A DNA stretch of 64,000 bases. Source: Adineta vaga. Its lineage: Eukaryota; Animalia; Rotifera. This document shows, piece by piece, positions 52,365-64,000 of the stretch. Every line of letters begins with the position of its first letter. Position 1 is the stretch's first letter. The translations under genes and the position numbers were made by a program. Location: the NCBI GenBank assembly GCA_021613535.1, contig CP075493.1, positions 6,882,001 to 6,946,000 on the forward strand. The letters run 5' to 3'. The notes below the pieces were generated by a model. That model was not told the DNA's origin. It saw nothing but the letters and a program-made list of their open reading frames with translations, and ran no database searches.

Positions 52365-53742
52365 TTATTTTTCTTTATCAAATTGTCCAGTTAATACTTG
52401 TACAATATAATTAATCGTTGTTGGATGTTTTAAGATAGCTAAATGTTCAACGCCCGGTAATTCAGTTGTATGAATATCTTGTTTTTGTTTTCCTTCCCAT
52501 TTTTTAAATCCAAGTAAACTTCTTATATTTACAGTTCCATCACCATTATCAGGTAAAACAACTGGTTGTAAATCGGGAAATGTACGATTATTATATAAAA
52601 GTACGCCAGGTGTTGGCATTTGTGAACCATAAATTTGATGTATTTCAATTTCTGGTGGTTTTAATTCATTAAGTAAATCTTTATTATTGAGCCAATATTC
52701 ATATCCAGTTGAATAGTTAATATCATCAAAGAAATCTTTATAATCATGTACTGTGTAATTACGTTTTGGAGAAACAACGACAACTTCATCTTTTTCCCAG
52801 AAATTTATACTTGGCATAACGAATGCAGTCGACGGTGCGGAACGTTGATATGGACGGACACGTATTGGAGAAACGACATAAACCTAAAATAAAACATAGC
52901 GTAAAATCTATGTTGAAACCATTATTATTTTACATCGATATTATCACCACTCGCCATTAGACGAAGAGCTTTTATTGCTCCACCCCAAGGTGCAGCAATA
53001 TTAATCATTGTATGAATATATTTATCTTTAAAACTTTGTTTTTGTCTATGAAGCCAATATAATGCAAATGGACCTAAACAAATTTTGTCCTTATAACTGT
53101 ATTTGTAGAGAAAAGTACAGTACATACCTCCCATACTATGTGTAACGAATATAACTTTTGTTTGATTATTCTGTTCATATGTTTCGATGACAAGTTTAGT
53201 TAAATTCTCGAAATATTCCTGTTGTTCATCAAGACCTCGTCGAAAATCATATCTATAGAAATAATCGTTTGCTATACACTTTTCTAAAAACAAAATAAAA
53301 CTTACGGTGCTCCACGAAGATTGACACCTCGTGTATAACCAAGTGCAACGAGACTTCTTACAATAGGTGCAAAATAAGAAGAATAACCAATTCCAGATGA
53401 ATCGAAAAATTCTATCGTAGATGTGTGTCCAAATCCTGGTATTTGTACTTCTACACCTTCTAAATTCGATGTTTTTTTCGTTGTTGAATTGTATGTTAAT
53501 CTCATATTATCGACAAAACAATCGATTACTTCAGGAAATAGAAGTCGAATATCAAGCCATAGTTCAAACCAATTTGATCGACGCGCACAAAAGAAATGTG
53601 GTGGAGGTGAAGTACGATTTAATCGTGCCCATATTTGCGAACCACCATTACCAGGTATAAAAATAGCTGGATAACGAATAGTATCGCTATTGATTGTGTT
53701 AATAATACAGATGAAAGACAGACAAAGAAGATGCCAATTCAT
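52365..53742 (-). CDS. PLA2G15: Lysosomal phospholipase A2 (group XV) / LCAT family
   Basis: Signal peptide; PAIFIPGNGGSQ, LRGAPYDFR, VTHSMG nucleophile elbow, APWGG, GDGTVNIRSL, EHLAIL. Confidence 0.88.
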
Positions 53743-54789
53743 ACTAAATATAACATATATACAAAAGAAGAGAATATCTAGAAAAATGAAACATGAAAGT
53801 TTGATGTTTTACAGACGAATTTTCTTTGTCATGTGACATAATCACTTTATCAAACTCAAGAACTAAAAAAATGTACGTAATCAAAATACAGATACTTTAC
53901 TTTTTACTATTATGTAACCAATCAGAAGACAATTGCTAAAAATAAAATAGTTCGTTCTGGAAAGATCAGATGTTCTTCATCCAATCAAATATTATTACAG
54001 ACATCTGATGTTCGAGTGTAATTTAAATGAAAATATTCCATTATCTACCATTTCATTTACATTCAGACACTAGGTTTTCATGATTTGCCTTGAAGCATCT
54101 ATCAGCGGCATCTAACGAACACATTCTGTACACTCTATAATAATTTTGCGATTAGATTGATGAGTTTTTTACTTGAATGCCATCGTTGTTTTCCAACAGA
54201 TTCTTATATTAGAAACAAAACGAACATTAATAACATATTAATTAATATTTTCTTAATTCCATGCAACAACATTCCATCATTTTCTTTCAATGAAAAATTC
54301 AATCTTTGTGTCAGCAACTGCGATCATTAGAGAAACATCAAATGAAAAAAGGCACACGATTTTCTATCAAGTATCACAAATCGATTATCAACTGTTAAAT
54401 AAAAAAAATTCTTCTTCTTGCCATAAATTAAGACATTCCATTGATATTTTTCTCTCGTAGACATCTTGTTATCAGTCGATAAAAACACGTTAGCTCTTTC
54501 GCTGATGACATAACTAGTTTGTGACCTTCATTAATACACAATATAAACATCTATCACATACTCTTAGCATGATAGTTCGAAGATAAATTAACTTATTAGA
54601 ATATTGATTGATTAATATTATTGATGAAGAATAGTAAAAATTTGATACAATACTTTTGTTCTTTAAAATTTATTCAAAGGTAATAAAATCGTAGTGAATA
54701 TGAATATCAGATGATTTAATCATAGTATGAAGAAATCTGAAATCTGGTTTGGTTTCAAATAGAAATTCTTAATGAATTTTTATGATAAA

Positions 54790-56058
54790 TTAAACCAAAT
54801 TCGATGAAAGAGAGTCAATTGTTTCGATTAATTGTTCATTCTAAATGAGCAATATTTCAAAAACAGGAAAAGTTTCATGAAGATTTTACATACACGTAAA
54901 CAATAGTTTTCGAAATCATCAAGATCAATCGTTCCAGAATGATGAAGATCAAGTTTATCAAATATCAATGCTGAATGTTTTTCAATAGTTTCATCTGTGA
55001 TTGGTTGATGAATGAACATATTCGGTCCAAGTAAATCATATATTGATCGAAGAATTGTTGCAAATGTCTATAATAAATAGAGATGCAAAGACAGAGAGAA
55101 ATTTATCAACAAACAACGTACTTGTTTGGTAAGTACACCATCGTCATAAATATCATAGAGACAGAATATCCAATGAAGTCTTTCTTTAATACTACCACGA
55201 ACCAAAACTGATAATGTTTGAATGTAATCCTAAGTAAAAACAGGGATAAAGATCATGAGCTCGATTTGATATATTTTTTTAAAGTCAATTAGAATTGTTC
55301 ATTGTACGTAAAAGAAAAACTTCTTCGTTCGCCTCTTTATAGATGAATAGGAGTCGATTACTTCAAATGTAAAATACATCCGCTTCCGTCGATCCAGAGC
55401 ACGAAATAAAAATCTTGTGTAGTTTTGACAGTTTCCATGTGGAAAAAAATGTGAATAAATGGCTTGAAATTCAGGTTCAGTTACTGCACCACTCGGACAT
55501 TCCTATACATAAGTCAAATTTGATGATATTCAAAAATAAAACAAAAAACGACTTCTTTTACATACTTGTTTGAAACCTTTATAAAGTAATCGTATTTCAG
55601 ATTTACTAAATTTCGTAATACGAACAATTTCTTCTAAACTTTTTGGTACTTTACGTATATCGGGTGGTAATATCATTAGATTATCATCATTTTCTATTAA
55701 AAATAAATATTAACATTAGTTATCAGTATCATTGTCATGTTTCCCATCTCTCAACTACGTACATTCTCATTATCATGTTTTATGATCTTATATAGCATAG
55801 AACAAAGCAAGAAACTTGTTTCGATATGTATCTCATTATTCTTATTCTCCATGGCATCTAATAGATAAACAACAGATGTTTTTTATATTTCATCAAAGTC
55901 AGACAAGAGTTTGTCAATAGATATCATTGTTCCATTATATTTCGATCAAATCCATATGGGAGTATCATACATCTTCGACATGAAAAGACTCATATGTCAT
56001 TTATCATATCAGAAAGAATCAGGTAGAAAGTCAACCACTTACGCTCAAATGCTTCCAT
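54790..56058 (-). CDS. Kv channel-interacting protein (KChIP / neuronal calcium sensor family)
   Basis: PKSLEEIVRITKFSKSEIRLLYKGFKQ|ECPSGAV..FQAIYSHFFPHG..YTRFLFRAL..LSVLVRGSIKERLHWIFCLYD..SIYDLLG. The first exon MEAFE is tentative. Confidence 0.85.
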
Positions 56059-56481
56059 GAATAAATCTGATTTCGATTAGAAATTGGCTGTTAGTTCGTT
56101 TTCCTGATTAATGGTGGTGATGATGTTGTTAGTACTTGTTTTGACATATTGATGCGTGTGAAAGAATTGATGAAATCTCCGGAACAAAAAAAAATGAAGG
56201 CGGACGAATAAATTTTTCCTTCTTCTTCTTCTTCTTCTTTTGTTCGTAATGGAGACCTGTTCTAGTCAATGTTGATGTGTATGTGCACTTAAATAGATTT
56301 CTTCTCTACTTAATGGCGACGCCGGGTTTTTTTTATTGTTTGATTTATCTTCTCCTTCTTCTTCTGACACCCAAAAAAGCAATAGATGACACGAAATAGA
56401 GAAGAGACAGAGAAGAAGATAGGAGAAGAATCATATTAGTAAAGCGAACATAGAGAACCAAGAGTATAACTATATAGTAAA

Positions 56482-56501
56482 TATATATATATATATATAT
56501 A
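56482..56501. repeat. (AT)n microsatellite
   Basis: Uninterrupted AT dinucleotide run. Confidence 0.8.
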
Positions 56502-57500
56502 TGAGAATCTCAAGCATAGAATGGAAAAATAAAAAAGAACTAGAAGCGAAAGTCAAGCCTACTCTTATTCTAAAGATTGTTTCGCTCGTTCATTTCCGTT
56601 ATTATTAATTAAATATTACTCGTCTAGTATTTCACCTTTTCTTTTCTTAACTGTCGGGAATGGATATATGCATTTACATACTAGTGAATTGAGTACGTTG
56701 CATTGTTAAATGATATGCTTGTTTGACTTTTGTTGTTATTCTTATACAATGAAATCAACTCGTCAAAATAGAGAAAAATGGATTGAATGGCTTGATTGAG
56801 CAGATCTTGAAAGAAGATCAGTATAATAGTTTACATCAAACTGAATTAATGATCACTCTCGTTTATTATTTGCTCATAAAAAGAAAAGCAGCAGCAGCAG
56901 AAGAAGAAGAAAATGGCTAGAAGAAAAAGCAAAGAATTCAAGAAAAATATGAAATATTCCCTTTCTTAGAATGAGAACAACTCGGCATATTTCTCTTTTT
57001 TTGCTTCATTGTTTATTCAGAAATGAACTACCTATATATAAAAACCATACTATTCATTATTAATAGACGGAAACAAGAAATATATGAGATAATAATCCAA
57101 ATTATATGACATGAAACACGAGATCAACTTGTTGAATGTGATATTTTCAGTTTGCTAATAACGTACAGAGATCAGAAAATCATTGACGTTAAAACTTTCG
57201 TACTTCTGACTAAAGTAAACATATACTATAACATCAGCACGTCGTATCATTTTCAATGAACTCGTTAAATCATCAGTTTATTCGAACTGAGTAGTACATC
57301 ATTATATTTTGACATACTTTTAACTTCGTGTAAATCAATAGGATTATTTTAATCAGATCAGAATAATATCAGCTTATGTTTTCATAAATTAAACCTTATT
57401 TTTCTACTAAATATTATTCTTTGTTTTAGAGTATAAATTTATCTCGATAATGAAGAAAACGTTTTTATTTTAAGAATAAGAAATGAAAAAAAGATCAGAT

Positions 57501-60500
57501 TCACACTTGTGGATTATTTTTGAAAAGATATTCCGCCTAAAAATAAAGAATTGAAATCGAAAATTTTATCACTATAAACTATTCAATACTAACGACAAAA
57601 TCAATTGGATCTTCAGGTCGAACTTGACAACATTCTTTAAATGAATAAATACAGTATATAATAAAATCTATCATTTTATTTCAAGAAAATTTATTTACCA
57701 ATTAATGCTTTTGTTAATGTTGGCATTACATGAGTCATTAGATAATTTCGTAATGGTGTTGATTGCGCATCAAGCATTTGAAATTCTTCACGTTTGATTT
57801 GTTCTAATTTCGTTGTCCAATCTTTTTGTTTTTTAGTACGATCATTTGCTGCTTCTTCTTCATTGCGTTCGCGTTCTTCACGTTCTTCACGTTCACGTTT
57901 TTCTTTTTCGTTTATTTCATTTCGTTTAGCAATTTCTTGTTCTTCAGCTGTTGGACCATAATTACGTGGTTGTTTGACACGTTCCATGATTTTTTTAACT
58001 ATATTTCGATGATTTGGACTTAGATCATCATCAATTTCTATGAAAGAAAAATACAAATAAAATTCCATTCGAATCGACATTTGTTTTTAATACTTACTGA
58101 TAGTTTCTCCTGGACGATCGACATCTTCGAAGAATTTAGCTGGATGAGAATCGTCGCCCAAATCATTATAAGCTTTCAAACGACGTTTAAATTCTAATTC
58201 TGTATTATGTGTACCAGCAACAACTTTTTCAGGCAGATGCATAATTCGTTGTCGAAGAAATTCATTACTCGCTTCAAGTATAATCACATGTTCTAGAATA
58301 TAAAACAAAGATTAAATGAAAATCTGCAGAAGAAAAACTTAAAAACAAACCAGGAATGATACGTTCGTTTACGGGTGGTTTCTTATCATCAGCACCTTCT
58401 TCTTCTAGAAATGAAAAGAAACATTTGTTTACATTCCATTGTTTTCCTCTTACCTTCTTCAGCAGAAACTACAAAAAGACGAGAGTTATAGAACTTTAGG
58501 AAACAATTTTACAACTTACCTCCGAACAAATTCGTTGCTTGATCTGCTGTTTTTGGATAACCATCTAAGACGTAGCCTTGATTTTGACATGGTGGTGACA
58601 TAAGTTTAATTTTGAAGATTTGTGTCAAAAGATCATCGTCCAAACGAGCTTCAAATGAGAAAGAATGATTCTTACTAAACGAAAAACAAAATCATTACCA
58701 TCTTTATTGTTTTGTCGAGCTTCTTCAAGTCTTTCTAATACACTTCGTGCTTCATCAACACGTTCAGCTAATGTTTCATCGACATCTTCTTCATCGATTT
58801 CTTCTTCATTTTGTTCACTTTCATTACTACGTTTAACTAATTGTTCCTAAAAACGAGAGAAGAAAATATCTTTTCTTTTCTTCACTATTTTTCTTTAGTT
58901 TTTACATACAAGCTCATTTTTTGTATCTTCAACAACTTCTTTCATTGCCAGATAATGTAATTTATATTCTTGAGCTAATTGTTTCGATATTGTCGTCTTT
59001 CCAGATGCTGGTGGGCCAAGAACTAAGATTTTAATTGGCTAAAATAAACATTGAAATTTAATAAAAGAAGACAATGACATTCGTTTTTTCAATGATATGC
59101 TTACAATTAAATTTCGTTGCGTTCGATATTCTTCGATGATTTTCTCTATACTTTCTGTTATACCATTTTCACAATGCCATTTAATATTCATTTGTTCACG
59201 AATAAACATTGGTTCAAATTGCATATTTGCTAATAGCATATCATAATCTGCTTGCTAAAAGGAAGAAAAAAACTATGCCTTTAGTATACAATTGTTGGAA
59301 CTTATTTACTGTAACTTCTCCATTCAACATGATATTTTCTTGATCAATAGTTTTCACTCGACCCATACCAAGTGCTTGACTAATTTTACGTGTAATACGT
59401 ATTAATGTATCTTTACTTGTATCCGTTGCAACAACATAGCGAATTTTCAAATGACGATCAGCAAGATTTTGTAGAACACTACAAAGAAAACTAAAATACA
59501 AATGACTGACTACATATCCGATTTCATACGCAGCAAGATCCATAATATGAATTGTTGGTAAGTAATTTGTACCTTTACCAACTACAGGAACTTCTGGTAC
59601 ATTATGCCATGCTGCTTTGAAAATATAATGAAAAACACTTTCTTCCATTCCATATGTTAAACCCGTCGCAACAATATAGGTTAATAATTTCTTTTTATTT
59701 GTTAAACCAAGTTTGGTGATTAGTTTTTCAGCACTATGACGTTCTTTATAGTTTGGATGAGCACGACGACGACGAAATTCATCTTCAGAGAATGGTACAT
59801 CTTCCTAGAAAGAAAGTTTCATAGCAACCGTGATGTTATAGAATTAAAAAAATTAATTTACTTCATTTGATGGTGTTTTCGCCCATGTCATAACAGATGA
59901 AAGAAGAATAAATGTGATTTGATGATCAAGTTCGTTGATCATTGATTCTAATTTTTGACAAGCCCATACAGCTTCATCAACCTTAAAATATCGATTATTT
60001 GTCAGTATTTGATTCCAAGAAAAAAAAAGCATAAAATTCGATCTCTTATAGAGAAATATCGATTTCTGATAAAAACATTTCAATATCTTACTTGTTCTGG
60101 ATCTTGAGTAATATCATAAATGATGACATTGACTTCTTTTAAATAATCAATTAATTGATTACGATCTTTGTACTAAATAAATGAATGAATCTATGTACAA
60201 TATTACAATCATTTGTTTTTATAGGTACATGAATAATTTCTTGAATGAATGGTGCTCGTTTGTAACCTTGAGTATTTTTTACTGTTCCTAATACTTTCCA
60301 TCCATCTTCAGTAGGATTTTCATCATACAATTGTTTTTGTCTTTTTTCGGAATTTTCCTCTTCAGCTTCTTCTTCTTCCGTAGCATCGTTTGTCGAACCC
60401 GGTTTCGCTCGTGCAAAGATCTTTAAAATCGACGAAAATGTATTACTTTTCAAACTAAACTTCACATGAGTTAAAAATACGTACTCGAGCAATATTTTTA

Positions 60501-60610
60501 CCATGATATGTATCAATATGATTGATAAAAATTTTTTTTGGTTTTTCTGGTACAGGTTCTTCTTTTACTTGCTCTTCGCCTACTTGTTCCTCATCTGAAT
60601 CGTCAGCCAT
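57501..60610 (-). CDS. AK7: Adenylate kinase 7 (NAD-binding-like N-terminus, AK domain, Dpy-30 motif)
   Basis: KKIFINHIDTYHGKNIAR, FILLSSVMTWA, PFSEDEFRRRRAHPNYK, ATGLTYG, LPTIHIMDLA, KILVLGPPASGKTT, CQNQGYVLDGYPKT, PRNYG, PLRNYLMTHVMPTLTKAL..RPEDPIDF. Confidence 0.95.
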
Positions 60611-61157
60611 TGTTGATTGAAATAAAATGAAAATGTTTTACAAAAAAAACAACCATTCTATAGTTTGGTAACCAAGTCATATCCTCTTTATGTTAGACAA
60701 ATTTATGTAATCAATAGATGTCGTTTAGCAATTTTCAATCAATAACGTTGTATTAATAGGATTTTATTTTGAACACCGAGGGCGACTTGTTCTTTTCGGT
60801 AAATATTCATTAGAACAGACTTAGTATCGCGTGAGATGTAGAGCAAAAACATCGTTAATGCTTACAATCCGCGTTCAATAATAAGATTAAAAAGCTTTAT
60901 AATCTTTTCTGTTTCTGTAGAAAAATAGATTTATTCATATACAGAGAGTTCATTTCATGTACGAAGAAATTACTAACAGAAAAAAAAATATATAGAACAT
61001 CACTTTTGTCTTCGGTGAAAGAAAACGAAAATACGTAAAAACTATTATATACAAATCCATAAATAAATAAATAAACTTTTTTTTCATTTACTTTCTTTAA
61101 AAAGAAGATGTTCGGAAAGAAAAGATTCTTTTTCATAATTTCTAACAAAATTCATTT

Positions 61158-63497
61158 TTACAACGTTCGTGCGTATTCACTTAAAGCTTGATATAGAAAT
61201 TGATATTGATCATGAGTTTGAATCATACCACCACGATCTCGTCGTAAATTGCAAAGTATACGAACGACATCAACAACATGTTCAGTATTTATTTGTTTAA
61301 TACCATTGCTTAAGGCAATAAAACAACCAGTGCGACCAATACCAGCACTATTATGAATAGAAAAAGCAAATCCTTAACATTTGGATGAATTTTAAGCAGT
61401 CTTGTAAATACCTGCAGTGAACTACAACTGGACCAGAGTTTTGATTGATTTTAGATGATTCTATTCGACTATTTTCTACATTTTGAACAAGTTCAATCAA
61501 TGGCTTAGTTACATCAGGACATGATTGATCAGGCCATGCTAAAATATTCAATTTAAATTATAAAATAATCAAACTAAACAAAATATACTCATTTACCTGT
61601 ATACCAATAATGATCAATCTCACGTTGTTCATTTTCGAACTAAAAATATTTGTCATATCCAATCAAATTATCAAAAAACAAAATCAATATTCCTACTTCT
61701 ATTGTTAATCTTCGTACTTCATAATTATTTCGATAGGTAGTTGCTTTAACTTCAACATGAAATGGACCATATTGATCGGATTGAGTGTCAGGAATATATC
61801 GTTCACATTTTGACTAATTGAAACGAGAAAGAAAGAAAGATTTAGATTCAAATTAAGGTACAACTCGAATTGAAAAATTACTTTATTTTTTTCGAATAAA
61901 CGAGTAATCATTACAATAACCGGTACATGTTCTTGCCAAATCATTCGATAAAAATCAATAATTGTATTTGAAAGTGGACCCTGTGTAGCTATAAATGCCT
62001 GAGGAACATCGGGCCACCCACTGATATAGTTAGCATTGATATATGATGAAATTGGATCACCGGATAGTTCAGATAATTTCACTCGAGAATGTTCATCTTC
62101 AAAAAGACAATAGAAAGTCGAATTTTGATTGAAATATGATAGTCATATATGAAGTTTTTACTTGCAATGATTGTACCATAACGATTTTTTATACCAGCAC
62201 CATAGATACGAAGTTTTTCTAGATGATTCGTTGGTGTTGACTAAAGAAATAACAGATTTAATAAGACGAAATCATTTTCTTTTTCATTCAACATACCCAA
62301 AATTCTTGATAAAGTGCTCGTGTATCTTGTGCATGTTGATAGAGTTCGTTAATAGTTAATTTTCGCGTTGCTGTCTGTAGATATTCATCTGATGGACTAC
62401 TAAAGAAAAGGATTATATTTCTTATAAAAATACATCAATTATTTTCTTACCAATCCACTGGTGGACTATTTAACCGAAGTTGTATTGGAGTAACGGATAT
62501 TGTCAGTGAATTGTTCGACCCTCTCCTACGAAAAACAAAGCAACTTTCTATATTCGATCAATAATATTATGAAATTTGACAATAAATCTATTCTGATTTC
62601 TATCTTTCTAAGATAGGACTACTAATAGATAGACAATTACCTTCGTTTGAATAAAAGTGACGTTGATGTAGTCCAAAACTTATAACTCAAAAGTGGAACA
62701 TCGGCATCCATCTTGCTGATATGGATACGTAATAAAATTCTATTGAACTTGTCAAAATGTCATCTAATTGATGATAGAATACTTTGATAAAGATATTTAA
62801 ACTATCAAATTACACTTGAATTTAATAACGAGAAGAAAAGTGATATCACTTTGCAATAATCTAAGTATATGTACAGTAATAATACAAAGGAGAAAATAAC
62901 ACACACATCTTCAATCAATGTTTCTATTAAAATATTTGTCACATGTATATGTGTACACACGAATTTTTCTAATTGTTCACTCAACCGTAGTGTCATTTTT
63001 CAAAGTATAAAAAAGAGACCTTATCACTATCAAATGTTTTTTTTTCACGACTATCAGTCAAAACCACCTACACAAATTTTATTTTCACACGTAACAGATA
63101 AATAAATTACCTTTGTAACAGATTTTTCTTCCGAATCGGTTTCACTGTTTCACGTTCGGATGATGAATATGAATCTTCAGTAATATCTATTGGAAATTTC
63201 GATGCCACTGGATACAAAATCATTTCTTTTGATTTCGTTCTTTTTTGCTGCATGGATGAAAAAGGTGTCGATTCAGATGGTTCAATTTGAAGTTTTTTTG
63301 ATAATCGTTGTTGTCTCGAACACCAATATATCTAATACAAATCACGAAAGAAACATTGGTGTATATACAAAACATGAAAATTCTTTACCACTCCAATAAC
63401 AGTGATTAATGCGAATAAGACAATTGTACCAATGGATAAAACGAGAATATTTTCTGTCCATAATAAAACCGAATTTGTTCTATCCTTCTTATTCAAC
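61158..63497 (-). CDS. Receptor-type KIM-containing protein tyrosine phosphatase (PTPRR/PTPN5/PTP-ER-like); 5' end unresolved
   Basis: TM ILVLSIGTIVLFALITVIGV|IYW; KIM-like LLQR|RGSNNSLTI; KNRY, YINANYI, FIATQGP, WPD, VVVHCSAGIGRTG, RRDRGGMIQTHDQYQF. Confidence 0.88.
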
Positions 63498-64000
63498 TAG
63501 AGAAAAGTAAATAGATAAGAATTAATTTAATCATCTTTCTATCTATTGTATTAGTTCAGTTCAATTAGTACTATGTCAAAAACTAGCGTTTGAAAAATAG
63601 ACAAGTTCAAGTATAATTATATGAATAATATAAGATCACTGAATAAAAATGAGCTTAAAGACATCCGTTTTGACTTCGAAATATCGTCTTCAAGTGTTAT
63701 TAGCATGAATATTAATTTCCGTCATAGCTATTAAAAAGAATGAAGAGGTGGATAAGAAAAGATGCTAATAGATACGTATGAAAGTCGAAGAGAGTATAAT
63801 TAATAGGCTATATAAAATGAAATCTTACCGTTTGCAGTTGATCATCCCAAGCAAATACTTGTGTTGTTTCCCTGATCATGATTATTGATTGAATTTAATA
63901 AACATGTTTCTGAACGATTTAAATGCGTGTTTTAACAAGAAAGAAAATGATAAATGATATCTAATGAGAAAGAAAAGAAAGAGACATTTTATAGTAAAGG

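Noticed and set aside
58509-58520. TTACAACTTACC resembles part of the bdelloid spliced-leader exon as I recall it
   Set aside because: It is simply the reverse complement of an AK7 intron donor (G|GTAAGTTGTAA). The flanks do not match, and no SL donor or Sm site follows.
60655-60675. GGTAAC upstream of AK7 as an RFX X-box for a ciliary gene
   Set aside because: Only a half-site. Plausible, but too weak to call.
63500-64000. Upstream (extracellular) exons of the receptor PTP
   Set aside because: Splice-like signals are present, but I could not assemble a stop-free frame, so the 5' end was left uncalled.

Overview
Eukaryotic, strongly AT-rich, gene-dense animal DNA with many short (mostly ~45-70 bp) GT-AG introns. 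The six-frame ORF track therefore shows mostly exon fragments and antisense shadows, so gene models were rebuilt by hand-splicing. The gene content (intronless ART-like+TPR gene, intron-containing gene of a bacterial family, very compact introns) points to a bdelloid rotifer; this is an inference. About 24 coding loci are supported, in order: lamin/intermediate-filament 5' end, ART-like/TPR protein, prefoldin 3, ACBD4/5, three tandem RRM-RRM-coiled-coil genes, a head-to-head pair of unknown ~110-aa membrane proteins, YEATS4, an SLC5 sugar transporter, two secreted heme peroxidases, hnRNP K, a Ly6/uPAR gene, an orphan radial-spoke (RSPH4/6) exon, UNC5, HPD, two more Ly6 genes, a DKNYY-repeat gene, MTERF3, EEF2KMT, LPLA2/LCAT, a KChIP, AK7 and a KIM-type receptor PTP. 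The best novelty candidates are (i) the operon-like trio of hnRNP-A-derived RRM-RRM-coiled-coil genes, (ii) the divergent pair of Arg/Pro-rich, Gly-rich membrane microproteins, one carrying a frameshift that a cryptic 70-nt intron could repair, and (iii) the DKNYY gene, a probable horizontal acquisition whose two duplicated modules carry introns at the same position. No rRNA, tRNA, CRISPR or recognisable transposon was seen. All homology calls come from recognising motifs by eye; no database search was run.
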